Source of the DNA: Octopus vulgaris
Lineage: Eukaryota
Direction: 5' to 3'
Assembly: GCA_951406725.2 (NCBI GenBank)
Contig: OX597816.1
Coordinates: 108,252,001 to 108,316,000 of the forward strand
DNA length: 64,000 nt
The translations under genes and the position numbers were made by a program. This document shows positions 1 through 14,169 of this stretch, in pieces; position 1 is the first letter of the stretch, and every line of letters starts with the position of its first letter. Under the pieces are notes generated by a model. That model was not told the DNA's origin and searched no databases. It worked only from the letters and a program-made list of their open reading frames with translations.

Positions 1-344
1 TGCCTTAACTTAAAGTAACTGCCGTTTATATATAGAGAGATTTACAATTCCTTTTCCTTTCCTCTAGTATTTTTTCTTCTTTTAAATAAAACAAGGTAAA
101 AAAGAAGCCATAATTTGCGGAATTATGAGTCTAAATTGTGTCAAAGTTACAATAATAGCATTCGGCAATTATATTTAGAGAAATATTTGTTATAGCTTGA
201 AGGGATTTTCTATTTTAAAAATAGACCATCAGGTTGGTATTTATTGGTGTGTTGAAAGAAAGAAATCTGGGATTTTAAATGCCACACTCTCAACTGGTTT
301 CTAGCACCTACTTAAGATTTGTGTAACATACTCTCCTCATGCAC

Positions 345-381
345 ACATGCAGACACGTACACATACACACACGCACACACA

Positions 382-466
<85 letters not shown>

Positions 467-747
467 ATAATGTATCTTAATAAATGTGTGAATATATATG
501 TACGCATATATATATATATATACATATACACATGTATTTGTAAAGATGCATGTATATATAATGCACATAAGTGTGTATGTGCATATATATATATATATAC
601 ACACATATATGTGTGTATTGATATATTTATATGAATGCACACAGACGTATTTACATACTAATACTGACGTATATATATGTGTGTGTGTGTGTGTGTGTGC
701 GTGTGTCCATACACATGCATAGCTAGATAGACAGACAGATAAATAGA

Positions 748-782
<35 letters not shown>

Positions 783-840
783 GCAGGCAGACACACAGGC
801 AGGTAGGCAGACATACAGACAGACAGACAGACAGACAGAC

Positions 841-927
<87 letters not shown>
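345..927. repeat. Compound microsatellite block (CA)n/(TA)n/(TG)n/(GACA)n/(GATA)n
   Basis: Directly visible. Representative of dozens of similar arrays, e.g. 8854-8950, 19850-20050, 37160-37755, 38936-39030, 52540-52948, 63640-63830. Confidence 0.97.
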
Positions 928-928
<1 letters not shown>

Positions 929-1265
929 GTTTTCATTACTTAAATCAGATTATTGGTGAAATTAATTTATTGGAGTGTTGTTAATGATCAACTTTCGTCT
1001 TGAATTGAAAGTCACATTGAAGATAGGTAAGAAACTTAATCGATACAACGATGTGATCAATGGTTACCTTTATTGAACCTACATTGAATTATCAGTTAAT
1101 TGAATGAAATTGGTGAAGAGTTAGACATTTTTTTCTTTCTGTTGTTTGTTTGCGCGTTGTATTTTGATCGTGCAGTCATATAATCTAAGACGCTCAGCAC
1201 ATGACCATCTCGTCTTATTTTTTTCCTGCATAATGAATATACAGTATAATATATATATGAGTTTA

Positions 1266-1313
<48 letters not shown>

Positions 1314-1617
1314 AGAATATAAAGTAAATCTCGTACACAGAATAGGTGTGAAAATAGTCAAGAATTTCAGGTAAGTACGCTTAGAAGACGGGAAAAAGTG
1401 ACCAGTAAATCGCTAGAGAATCGAATCTTGTACTTCTCGACTTCAATACTCTGTAGCGGCTTACTGGCCCCTTTTTACTGGCCCCTTTTTTTCCTTCCGT
1501 CTCCCAAAGGAATTTATCTGATTTTCTAAGGCAGTTTTCACAGCTATTCTATGTTCGTGATTTACTTTTTTAATATGTGTGTGAGAGTGTGTGTCTGTGT
1601 GTGTGTGTGTGTGTATC

Positions 1618-1876
1618 AGCGTGGCCTTGTGTTTAGGCTGCTGCACTCACAATCGTTAAATTGTAGGGTTCGTTTCTCAGCCTAGGCAGTGCGTTGTGTT
1701 CTTGAGCAACACACTCCATATCACGTTGCTCCAGTCCCCCTTCGATCAGGGGCGGATTGTTGGCCTGCTAGCGTAACCATCGGGGTGACATCATTTCAAA
1801 TCTAAAACAATGATGAAAAGCACATTGTGACCAGCGATGTGTAACATCTGATAGCCTGGTCGTTCAGTTGATCACG

Positions 1877-1879
<3 letters not shown>
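1618..1879 (+). mobile_element. tRNA-derived SINE, family A (diverged)
   Basis: A/B-box-like head; 3' part gtgaccagcgatgtgtaacatctgatagcctggtcg is shared with 23890-24200; ends at (TA)n. Confidence 0.75.
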
Positions 1880-1928
<49 letters not shown>

Positions 1929-2340
1929 TACTAATAATAATAATATAGGATTAAGTTTTTTCTCTACAGAAAAAGAATGCCATAAAAAAATGTGGCAGCA
2001 TATTAAAATATCTTTACGGTTAAATTTTATAAACAACTTATAAGTAAGGGCTAAAGAAAAATATATCAATGCCAATATGCTGATAACAGACTATTAAATC
2101 GTCAATTTCCACATATTATTTACTCGCTACAGAAAAAAAACACGAAGAACTGAAAATGGGCAAATATATATATATAATTATGCATGTATGTATATCCTTT
2201 AAGTTCGTTTACAGAGAACGATTTTGAGTATGTATATAAAAACTTCTATTTTATTATGCCGGATACATCCTAATGGTACCAACTAGCAATAGCAGTTTTA
2301 TGGGATTGTACCGAGCTGCTCCGATATAATGTAAGATAAA

Positions 2341-2388
<48 letters not shown>

Positions 2389-2602
2389 TGGCAGAATCGT
2401 TAGCACGCGGGGCAAAATGCTTAGCGGTATTTCGTCTGCCGTTACGTTCAAATTCCTCCGAGGTCGACTTTGCCTTTCATCCTTTCGGTGTTGATTAAAT
2501 AAGTACCAGTTACGCACTGGAGTCGATGTAATCGACTTAATCCCTTTGTCTGTCCTTGTCTGTCTCCTCCGTGTGTATCCCCCTGTGGGCAATAAAGAAA
2601 TA
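2389..2602 (+). mobile_element. tRNA-derived SINE, family B
   Basis: tggcagaatcgttagc...gttcaaattc...gaggtcgactttgcctttcatcctttcgg...aagtaccag. Homologous copies at 6735-6791, 10275-10480, 16330-16485(-), 16655-16862(-), 35223-35322, 49788-50040 and 61920-62096(-). Confidence 0.85.
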
Positions 2603-2819
2603 AAATAATCCATGGATGGAATTTATAAATATTTTAATGCACCGCTACACGCGTTTCCACATATGACATGTTTCTTACGATCAAAGTCCGTATTTCTTTG
2701 ATAATTACATTAAACTCCGTAGTATCCATGGACACCGGGTGGATCATATTCATGTTTTCATTTCCTCATGCAAAATGACTTAACGTTTGATGCAGCGAAC
2801 GTATAATTGAAGGTTGTTT

Positions 2820-3800
2820 ATCAATTTTGACCAGTGAAAATGTTGATTGCGGTATGTGAGCAGTTCTGTGTGTATTTGGTGGAGAGGAGTAGGTGATCGA
2901 ATGATATGCGTGGTGAAGGAATTGTAATTACAAAGGAGAGCAAGGTGTGCGTGGTGTTGTTAGACTTATTATGATATTTATGTATGCAGATATCAGGATG
3001 GTTAGTATAGTTTGTTGGTTTGACTTTAGTCACAGTAGGCGCCTCCACAATGAATTCAGATTTAGCAGGGTCAGCAAGTACAGCTAGTCTATTGTTAAAG
3101 TTCATTGTCTAAGTTGACAAATGATGCTCTCTGAAAATGTACTTTTAATTACTTTCGATGGCAGAATGCTATAACATATAGCTTATAAAATAATGGTACT
3201 TTGTTTAGTTCTTTGTATGTTCTTCTATTGTTCCATTATATGCTAAAGGCTGTTTGCGTTTTTTCCGTTTCAACGAATTCTACAAATGATGCCTTGTTTA
3301 CATGATAGAATTACCTTGGAATGTCTATTAATTATGTTTTCACTGGATGTGATAATCTCCAGGATTTCTTCTAGGCATACATAGAACCCGCGATGTTCTA
3401 TTGTATGGTGATGCGTTTTTTATTATAGACTGGTTGGTCGTATCCTCCACTCCATTCTGTTTTAGCCGCCAGATGAGGTTGGATAATGATGTGGAGTATC
3501 TTGTTTACATTGGAAAATAATGTTAGATGGTTACGCAGACAATTTTTCATGGCGTCTCCGGTACCACCAGTGTACACATATTTTTGTAAACCCGTCTTCA
3601 TTTCACATTTGTAAACATCATTCATTATCATGCAGTTGTTTTTATACTTGGGTTCATTTTTCAGTCTACAGTTACATTTTTTCCGGTTCTGTAAACAGAG
3701 TTATTACTGGTGACCACACTTGTTCTTCCTGTAACAGTGTTCTCGTTTTTCTTAGGTATGGATTGTACAACCAATTGTATAGAACTGTTTGGACCTGTAC
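2820..3800 (-). pseudogene. Possible highly decayed Penelope-like GIY-YIG region
   Basis: Minus-strand peptide VYKCEMKTGLQKYVYTGGTGDAMKNCLRNHLTLF resembles IYKCTISTENNKYFYIGCTINFLARVRNHISSF in ORF 30510-32570; multiple stops. Confidence 0.45.
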
Positions 3801-4855
3801 GGACTGTAGATGTGTGTGTGTGTATAATCATGTATATATATATATATGTATATATAAATATATGTATGTATGTATGTATGTGTGTAGTGTGTGTATATAT
3901 GTGTGCATATGTATACATACATATGTCTATCTGGAATGTGTGTATGTATACATGAAAGAGAGAGAGAGAGAGACAGACAGAGAGACAGAGATTGTTCCGT
4001 CTCCACATATGCTTGTCCTCTTGTGCTTTCACGTTGTCAATGGCTTTTCTGACTTTCCATCCATGACAAACCAAACTACTACCCCAGTTGCAGATCTGCT
4101 TGGTTTAAGCGTAGATGACAGATGAATGTTGTAAGTTACTGAGCGCTTCCCACTGGTTTAGTCAGTGTATGTCCACCCTCTTCTATCGCCTTAGGACCTT
4201 CAGTAGGTGAGATGACAAATAAGGTCTCCAGAAAGAGACAACTGTAACATCACCGGAATATAAGAATAAACGCTTGTACAACATGAGTGCCATTCTCTGA
4301 GTCTCTGTGATTAGTACTCAGTGACAAGACTAAGTAAGATGACCAGTAATCACGTGAAACTGGTAGCTTTATATCTGAGTGTTGCTCTTCAACAAGGATG
4401 CTGTGACAACAACTAGCTGTCCCTCATTCCTGCTGGTTTCATTGCGCTTCGTGGAACTAGCCAAATATATTTCTGCGCCCTCGCGCTCAGATGGACTGTC
4501 ATCACATAATCTAGTTAACCCACAGCCAGAGGGAATTCTACGGTTTTCAGGGGTGTGCAACCACCTCTTAGCCATTCAGCTCTACGCTGACACGGAGTAG
4601 TAGCCCTGTCAAATGCGTGCACACACGCACACACATATACACACATACATATACACACAAACACATACACTCACACACATACACACATACACATACACAC
4701 AAACGCACGCACAAACACATACACTCACACACATACATATATATATATATACGAGTGCATGTGCTCGTGTGTGCTCGTGAGAAAGTCTGCATTATATGTT
4801 TGTTTTATGTAATTTCCTCTCACTGGATCGTTTTCCGCTTATAAATCTATTGCAG

Positions 4856-5022
4856 GTGATTATATGATATGTGTGAATAGAAGCAAACCTTCCATAACGG
4901 ATGAACAACGCTTGTTATTAGCTTTAATGGCCGACTACGACAAGGCTACACGTCCTGTGTTTAATGCCTCGCACCCAGTGAATGTTTACTTAGGTATAAC
5001 CCTCACACAGATCTTTGATGTG
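4856..5022 (+). CDS. Internal coding exon of a nicotinic acetylcholine receptor-like (Cys-loop) subunit, N-terminal extracellular domain
   Basis: Acceptor ttgcAG at 4854-4855 and donor GTAAGT at 5023. Translation (x)DYMICVNRSKPSITDEQRLLLALMADYDKATRPVFNASHPVNVYLGITLTQIFDV matches the nAChR pattern E.RL...L...Y....RPV.N.S..V.V..G.TL.QI.DV. The phase-0 intron falls after 'DV', the conserved position before DEKNQ. Confidence 0.9.
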
Positions 5023-5246
5023 GTAAGTACTCTTCGAAATCTTTTTATACTTGTTTGCCTTCACAGATTTTCTCGGTTGTTTCAACTGCATTGTTATGTG
5101 TTTGTTTACATAAATCCTGTAAATATTGTATAAGATTTTGCATTGACAAATCGAAGCGTATCTATTTGTTCGTGTCTTTGTACGCGCATATATGTGTGTG
5201 TTCACGTATATGTGTATTCCTCTGTTTGTGCTTGTGTGTGTTTTGA

Positions 5247-5511
5247 AGGCACGTAACTTTGTGGTTAGGATGTTTGGTTCGCGATTGAAAGGTCGTGAGT
5301 TCGATTTCTGTCGGATAGTTGCGACACTGTTTCATGGTGCTCCAGTGCACTGGGCGGGGAAAAAAGAGCCAGCCTTGTCACATGTGTCTCTCGGTGAATC
5401 TTCCTCAAACACTACATTAAGGGTACGCCACTTGCACGTTAATTTCACGAGTAAGCTGTTCCGTTGAATGGATCAACTGCAACACTCGTCGTCTTAACCG
5501 ACAGAGTGCCA

Positions 5512-5515
<4 letters not shown>
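5247..5515 (+). mobile_element. tRNA-head SINE-like element
   Basis: gtggttagg...ggtcgtgagttcgatt A/B-box-like head; ends in (TA)n. Confidence 0.55.
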
Positions 5516-5570
<55 letters not shown>

Positions 5571-5573
<3 letters not shown>

Positions 5574-6221
5574 TAATAATAAAAATATTAGGGAATAAAT
5601 CCAAACTTACAGGGAAAAATCAGATTTAGGATTGAATCCAATTTTATAGTAAAATATTATATTATATTAAATTAGAGATAAAACCACTATTAGGCAAATC
5701 AAACAATGAAAAACTTAAGCCAATACATAAAATTAATTAATTTATATTATTTTAAATATATATCAAAATTATTAAAAGTTTAATAAAAGATAATGAGTGA
5801 AACACTACGATCGTTTCATGGCTGTCCAATTCGTAATAATTCGAGTTATGGTTACAGTCAATCTTCAGGTGATTGAAATATTTATCTTAGCGAGGTTTAG
5901 CAATGAACTCATTCTGTAACATTAAAAACATTTTGCTCAATGCAGTCACATACAGAGATTTTTTTCTTTCGAAAACCCTTTGTATTCATCTTCTTATTGA
6001 AGGATTCCATATCTTCCATTAAAAACACGCCGTGAAGAATTTATTTGCTGAGTTACTGTAACCATAACTCGAATTATTACGAATTCGACAGCCATGAAAC
6101 GATCGTAGTGTTTTACTCATTATCTTTTATTAAACTTTTAATAATTTTGATATATATTTAAAATAATATATAAATTAATTAGTTTTTCATTGTTTTTAAT
6201 AGTGGTTTTATCTCTAATTTA

Positions 6222-6230
<9 letters not shown>
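5571..6230 (-). mobile_element. (TA)n-flanked Penelope-type terminal-repeat element with inverted arms and captured host DNA
   Basis: Bounded by (TA)n on both sides. Arms at about 5657-5858 and 6055-6230 are reverse complements. Contains a hammerhead motif. Related fragments at 6300-6380 and 48282-48460. Confidence 0.75.
5800..5874 (-). ncRNA. Minimal type-I hammerhead ribozyme motif
   Basis: Minus strand: cac-CTGAAGA-ttgactgt...acagccat-GAAA-CGATCG-TA-gtg. Palindromic helix III ACGATCGT, helix I CAC/GTG, GUA cleavage triplet. Confidence 0.75.
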
Positions 6231-6259
<29 letters not shown>

Positions 6260-6375
6260 GGTCCCGGTTGATTCGGGGTTAACCACAGTAAGTTTCAATT
6301 CATTGTTTGATTTGCCATAAGAGAAATCTTCAGGAAGCTCCTGAAGATTTCTCTTGAATGAAACAGTTTTATCTC

Positions 6376-6432
<57 letters not shown>

Positions 6433-8852
6433 CTTACTTGGAAAAGGGTGCGTGTCGTTCGATCATTTAATAATATAAATAATATATAAATATATGCATA
6501 TATACATACATATATGTACATACCAACATATATATGTATATATACATGCATATGTGGGTACAGGACATAAAAAAAAACATTGTTAAAAACAATGAGAAAC
6601 GAAAACATAAAAGCGAAAAGATAGAAAACGAACTTTTTTCGAACAACAAATAAAACAGAGAAACGAGACATGCAACATAAGGAATATTCCCCTTCATCAG
6701 TTGTCCCTATTTCCTCTACTCCGCGTTTCGAAACGCGGCAAGCTGGCAGAAACGTTTGTACGCCGGGCGAAATGCTTAGCGTTATTTCGTCATACATACA
6801 TACTAAGTATGTATGTATTCTAAGTATTTTACTGTGTTCATTCATTCTTTTGTACTTTTACTGTTTTTGGTCATGTATGAGCACCATTTTTATAGGTTTT
6901 CATTGTTTATATTGATCCTAGTACTTATTTGATACTGGTGGTTTTCTGACGATCTTTATTCATGAAACGTTGTAGTAGGACAAACGTGTAGTAGAACAAA
7001 CTCAAAGTCTTAAAGTTTGGAAAGTAAACTGCTTAACCATACGGTTATATGTACTATGTACACACCAGCATATGCTGGTGTCATTTCAGTCAAATTTACA
7101 CTGGCCGTGTCGCTCAGTCTATGTATTAAATAATAATTTACGCAAATATCATATGCAAATTTGAATTATATGTTCCTGAAGTGATTCGAATACACTTTTA
7201 CTCTTTAAAAAGAAAATATGAATATAGAAGGAATTCACTAAAGCAGTAGTAACTCAGCAAATAAATTCTTCACGGCGTGTTTTTAATGGAAGATATGGAA
7301 TCCTACAATAAGAAGATGAATACAAAGGGTTTTCGAAAGAAAAAAATCTCTGTATGTGACTGCATTGAGCAAAATGTTTTTAATGTTACAGAAACTTGGA
7401 TATCGATCAATATTTGTCAACAGATTTTTTTCAAGCTTTGAAACTTCGAGCTATCAAAGAAATTCATGCAACGTTAGTCAAGTAAGAAAACTTTAGTGTG
7501 GGAGAAATAGAAACAGAAAGAAACTTATGTTTACTCTTAAATAGTTTTACGTGCAAACGACGATAGTTTGAGTTCAACAATTTTTCTGTTCAAAAATTCA
7601 CTTGAAATAAAACATGAGAGGATTTGGATCATTCATACCCAACATAACAATTCTTTTAATAATGAAAGAAAATATTTTGATTGCATCTCATAGTATTTCA
7701 GAATACAAAATTCACCTTACTTTTTATATTTTTACAAACATTTTTTTACATATATAATAAAAAAATAAACAACAAAATAAAAACGACTGTATTGCTTAGA
7801 AATATACAATAAATCCATCCATGCAAACTGATTTCATCTTTCTTCTCTATTCTATTTCGTTCGTCTCCCACATAATTCCATTAAGTTCCCGTGGTACCCT
7901 AGATTCTGTGCAACACAGTTTCACGATCTTTTGTTTAGTTTTCTTTGTTATAATCTGCCTCACAATTCTTACCAAATAAAATCGAAACAAATCTTCATCG
8001 ATCTGTATACGAGATGTTTCAGTATACAGGCGAGGATGGCAGTGATGGTGGTGGTAGTGGTGTTGGTGTTGCTGTTGATGATAATGTTGATGGTTGGAGT
8101 AGTTGTCGTCGTCATCGTAATGGTGCAGAACTAAACAAACGGTAATTATACAACTCGCGACATTAATAGACAGTATATTACTGGATGTAAGACACGGTAG
8201 CCCTGTTGTTACATTATCCTGATAATTTTCTGTATTACATTCTTTTTTTTTTGTAATATTTTTCATAATTTCCTTTTTACATAACTTTTCTAAACTTACC
8301 TTTTCAAACATAATTAGAAACATTCACATCTAATTAAAACCAGTTTCTTTTAAATGCATATCTTAGTGTTTATAAGAAATGCTTTTAATTCATTCAACTA
8401 CAAAGATTTGTGCATGTTATATATCATGCTCACTTCTCTAAGATTAACTGATTCGCCAAACCTTTTGTCGTATCACGAATTCCTTATTTCCCTAACCATC
8501 AGGAAAATTGACTACTATAATGACTAATACCGTTCATTCTATTCTAACCACATACATAGTTGAAGTTAGATATAAAAGTATAGTATTTGAGGCACTAAAT
8601 ATAATAGTTTCTACTATAGGCACAAAGGCTGAACTTTTTGCGGGCGGCTAGACGATTAAATTGACTCAAAGTTGTCGCCAGTGTTTACATAAATAGCGAG
8701 AATATTACTAATTGTTGATACATACTATATTTCCCGACAGAATAATTATTACGAGTTAGTTTATTATAATGTTTCCTGTATTAAAGTATAAGTATGTGCG
8801 AGTGTGGAGTGTGTGTGTATGTGTATATAAACACATACGTACATGCATACAT

Positions 8853-8928
<76 letters not shown>

Positions 8929-9276
8929 GTAGGTAGGTAGGTAGATAGATAGGTATGTACACACACATGTATGTATGTATATATTTATATATGTATATAT
9001 ACGTGTGTGTGTGTTAGTGTGTGTCATTGTATGTGTGTAATTTGCTCTTTATTCTTTCCCCCAACCATCTAAACTACTCTTGATTACTAACTATATATAA
9101 ACGCTTCATTCAGATGTAAATTTTGGATTATTTGATTCCCGGTCTGAAGAATTTCTAATTGGAAATTTCTTACATGTTTATCCAACATGTACAACTTAGT
9201 GACTTCTACTATCAAATGAAACTTGGTAATGGTAAATAAAAGATACTAAAAACTTTTCCAACTTCTTATTTTATTG

Positions 9277-9346
<70 letters not shown>

Positions 9347-10877
9347 GCATATATAAACAGATATAGAAGTATATATAATTGCGTGCATGTCTATAAACAA
9401 ACACACACATATGTATAACTACACTATTATATCATATTACACATGCGCTCGCACTATCTTGCTTCCATTACACGTCCACTGAGATTAACCGACTGATAGC
9501 GCTTTTGAGTAACGAGGTCAATATTTGTAATATAATTTCCATATAGAGATTTTTCAATGGTGTTGTGGATGGTGTTAACCTTACCAATCGCATCTCTTAA
9601 AATTCCGATTCCTTTATCGCACTTTCTTCTTTTCTTTCTTTAGTAATTCTTGAAAATTACAGTCGAAGAAATATATTGAAACTATAGAAAGTTAAACGCA
9701 AACTTATCTAGTAATTTTTCCGGTCAATGTTTTCTCTGTATTTTTACAAGTCCATTGACTAACTCAAATATTTGTCTTTAACCTCGATTATGTTGACAAA
9801 ATTTACGGCTTTATGTTTATACCTTGGTGGAATTTGAACCCAGGGCGTAAAGTGACGAGAGCAAATTAAAACATGTTTATAAGACTTGTATTTTGGAAGT
9901 CTTATCCATCTGAAAGTTCTTTTTAAAAATGTGTGATTGATTACATATGGGGAGTATTCCGTTGCTAATAATTCCATCAAATGTGAATGATTCTTAAAGA
10001 AACTTTGTTGGTGCTGTGCCAAAGAGCAAATCTCTATATTCTCCACCTCGTTCGACCTGCTAAAAACAGCAGACAAATGTCACTCAATATGTACTTTATC
10101 ATCTCAAATAAAGTAACGTACACTCGAAATATAGTCCCTTTTTATAAAACAACAAGAGCAGGATGTCACCGCTGAAACACCTTTTATCGTGGTTTTGCAC
10201 GATCATGGATTTCTTGGAAATAAAAATTAGCAACGTTATTAACACACTTTCAATACACTAAAAGAGGACAATTTGTTAGTAGAATTGGTGGTATATCGAA
10301 GAAATGTCATGTTTTAATTTGGTCTCGTCACTTTACGCCCTGGGTTCAAATTCCACCAAGGTATAAATTTTTATCTTTCAACCTTTCTCAGTCCAGAAGA
10401 TAAAATGCAAGTGTTTGAATATATTTAATCGATTGACGCAATCGCTAAAATTTGTACCATTGTACCTATGTTAGAATTCAATATACATTTAAAGGTGTAT
10501 GTAGATTTCATCGGTCTAAGATTACAAAATGCTTCAATATATAGGTGAGGTGTGTGGAATCAATCAATGAAAAATAATGGACCATAAGAGATCTCCTTAA
10601 GTTTCCATAGCATTTATTCACTACTTCAAATGTAGTTAATAAGAAATTATTGAAGAAATGAGTGAAGAAAAACTGAGTGTTAAAGTATCGATATGTTAAC
10701 ACTATCCACTACACCTGTGAAAAAATCTCATCAGTATCTCAACTATATTTATGATGGCCCAGTTTCTCAAAACCTCTTTCAGTCAATCACAACGGGCGTG
10801 TAGTGTAAGCAAGGACCTATGTATATGTGAGAGAATTGATATATTTATTATATGTGAAGAGGTATACATTGTACATA

Positions 10878-12117
10878 CAGGGTTTGGACAAAATAATTGG
10901 AGCAGTAGAAATTTAACTCCAGTATTTTAATGAGCCATCATAGTACAAATATCCACCCAAATTCCATTGTGAGTGTGTTATTTTTTGTATTGTACATGAC
11001 TTTACTTATCTAATTTAATGATTATTTCTATCACTTTTTCAAAACAGAGTATAAATTAAGCTAACATGCGTGACATCGCTGAATTCGAGAAAAGGCAAAT
11101 TGTTGGAGCTCGAATGGCAAGAGATTCCGTCACCAGAACAGCTGAACTCCTTGGTTTTTCGAGAGCTACCATATCAAGGACCATGGCTTAATTTGAGAAG
11201 CAGTGCAAAACCTCCAGCAGGACTTCGAAGCTCACCGAAAGTGACCGACGATTGTTGAATCGCGTTGTGATGAACAATCACCGGACAGCTGCTCCTAAAG
11301 TGACTGCAGAGTTGAATCAACACCTGGCTAGTCCAGTTTCGACCAAAACTATTCACCGTGGGCTCAATGAAACCGGATATCATGGAAGAGCTGCCATCAG
11401 AAAACTTCTGCTTTCTCACCAAAACATTCAGAAAAGGGCTGAACTGGTGTAGAGATCATAAGGGCTGGTCGACACACCAATGGAAGCAAGTAATATTCTC
11501 CGACGAGTCCAGTTTTTCTCTTTTCCCCACTGCAGGGTGAGTTTGTGCGTGGAGGCAGTCCAAGGAAGCTTTTAATCCTGACTGCCTTCTTCCTACAGTG
11601 AAGCACGGAGGAGGACCTGTGATAGTTTGGGCAGCTATTTCGTGAAATTCTCTTAGTACAATCGTGTCCTGCCTGGTAGGATCAACAGCAATGATTATCT
11701 GAATATTTTGAGAAATCAAGTCCTTCCCATGGTCCAGACATTATTCCCTGATGGTCAGTGCAGCTTCCAAGATAACAATGCTCAAATACGCACCTGTTAT
11801 GTGGTCAATAATTGGTATGAAGAGCATAATAATGAGCTACAACACATGGAGTGGCCTCCTCAATCTCCAGATCTTAATATTATTGAGCATCTGTGATGCA
11901 TCTTGGAGTGACAATTTAGAAGTCGATACACTCCACCACAACAGCTGGAGTAGGTTTTGCAGAAAAATGACTCAAGATTCCTCTCAATGAAATCAGGAAG
12001 CTGTATGAATCAATTCCTAGGTGCATCGAAGCTGTTCAGAAAGTTAAAGAAGAACCAACTCCATATTAAATATATATTCATTGAATTTAACGCGTTCCAA
12101 TTATTATGTCCGACCTC

Positions 12118-12119
<2 letters not shown>
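10878..12119 (+). mobile_element. Tc1/mariner DNA transposon (decayed)
   Basis: TA|CAGGGTTTGGACAAAATAATTGGA at the left end and TCCAATTATTATGTCCGACCTCTG at the right end form imperfect TIRs; about 1.24 kb. Confidence 0.92.
11066..12069 (+). pseudogene. Tc1-type DD34E transposase pseudogene
   Basis: MRDIAEFEKRQIVGAR (HTH), WKQVIFSDES, FQDNNA and WPPQSPDLNIIEHL motifs split across frames with stops. Confidence 0.92.
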
Positions 12120-12191
<72 letters not shown>

Positions 12192-12519
12192 AACAGAGAG
12201 AGAGAGGAGAGACAAACAGAAGAGAGAGAGAGAGAGAGATGTTATATTAATTATTCTTAAACAAGAATGTTGTTGATAGTGACTTCGAAGTTTTGGCCAA
12301 CTAATCAGTCCATCGATGGCTAGCTGGCCGAAACTTCGAAATCTGTGCGAACAACATTCTTGTTTCAGAATAATAAATTCATACTCTATAAAAGTATAGA
12401 ATAATCCATTAAAATAATTAAAAATTGTTTTATTATAATTGCACATAAAAACAAATATTAATACATTGTAAAAAGATATGTGTATTTATGTTTTGGGAAA
12501 GAGAGATGAGTTAGATACA

Positions 12520-12585
<66 letters not shown>

Positions 12586-12962
12586 CGCGTGCGTGCCTGT
12601 GTCTGTGTTAAAAACCATCAAACTTTACTCGTAATTTAAATGGCAATCGATTAACAGATTTGGAAATCGGGTTACTGAATCTAGAAGCAGATTTATTGTT
12701 CTTGGGATGAAACATCTTGTATATTGTAAGGCTGAAATATAGACTAAAAGAAATTTGCCCTCAAACACATTGAGTAATTTCCCTTAAGTTGCAGACACAT
12801 TGGCTCTATGAATAACTATGTATGTACGTATGTATGTATGTATGTATGTACATATGTATGTATATACGTATGTATGTACGTATGTATGTATGTATGTATG
12901 TATATATGCATGTATGTATATATATATATATATATATATATAAGTATAGTAACTACTCCTTA

Positions 12963-13019
<57 letters not shown>

Positions 13020-14169
13020 ACGTGTTCTTAATTATAAGACTGAGAGTCTACGAATCAATGCGTTTAACGACAGAGTGTAATGATCGCTTATCGCTGTTCC
13101 AATTTCTTTTATCAATTCTCTGTAATGAGGAATAGTGAAAATTTGTAGAGAAGCTGAATTAGACTAGAGAAGAAAATAGTGTCGGATATGAAAAGTGTAG
13201 AAAAAGGATAAGTGGGTTGCTGTTACTGTTGTTGTAACTGCCATTGTTGTTGTTTAGAACCAAGTTAGCCGTGAAAGTGCATAACTCTGACCAAAAACAC
13301 ATGGCTATTTCTCTCGGGTTTTTTTGTTCTTATTTCAATTGTACATAATCTAGCTATTTTTTTTTGTTTGTTTGTTTGTTTTTCAATTGAGTAATTTTAA
13401 GGAAATTTAACTGTTATTACTAGCGTTTAGAACGACGATGTATTTGTCTCTTTTTTTTAACTCTGGCTCCCATTTTGCCTCAGTCTCACGTGTTGACCTA
13501 GTATCAAGCGTGTTATGAGTTGCAGTATGTGTGTGTATGTAGATGGTATTGTTTTGACAAAAGCTTACCTTTGACTGAAACAAGACTAAGCCAGTTTCGA
13601 TTTCAACCTTCAACAATTATCTGAATAATTTCTACTTGATCGATACTGCCTTTAAGAAAAGTATAAATATCAAAACTGCATTTTCTCTTTGCCTCGAAAT
13701 CAATATATGTATGTATGTTAATTATTTGAATTTGTCTTATAAACTAGGGTTCCCTTTCTTGTAAAGTAACAAAGCTCAATCTCTGGAACTTCTATAACGA
13801 AAACAAGTGTTATATACTGAACTTCAATAGCTTTTGTATATAATTTCTTGCTCTTTTTACATATTCTGTTTGTAAAATGCGTGTTAGTTGATCGCTTTTC
13901 TTTGTCTGAAAACCTTGGCATTCCGAGGCTACTACTTAGACATTTGCTAACATTATCTTTTATACTTTACTGGTTTCGGTTATTAGATTGCTGTCATGCT
14001 GGGGTAGCGTCTTGATGAATTTTAGTTGGCTGAACCGATCCCAGTACATTTTTTAAACCTAGCACTTCTAAGTTACAGAGACATAAACATATCGATACCG
14101 TTTCTCAAGTGGTGGGGGTGCACAACCACAGACACAAAGACACACAGGTAAACACGCACACACACACAT

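Noticed and set aside
1361-1376. Perfect CAG|GTAAGT donor as a candidate upstream nAChR exon
   Set aside because: No ATG or hydrophobic signal-peptide frame upstream; preceded by (TG)n.
6946-6980. CTGACGA...GAAACGTTGTA hammerhead-like string
   Set aside because: Helices I and II do not pair.
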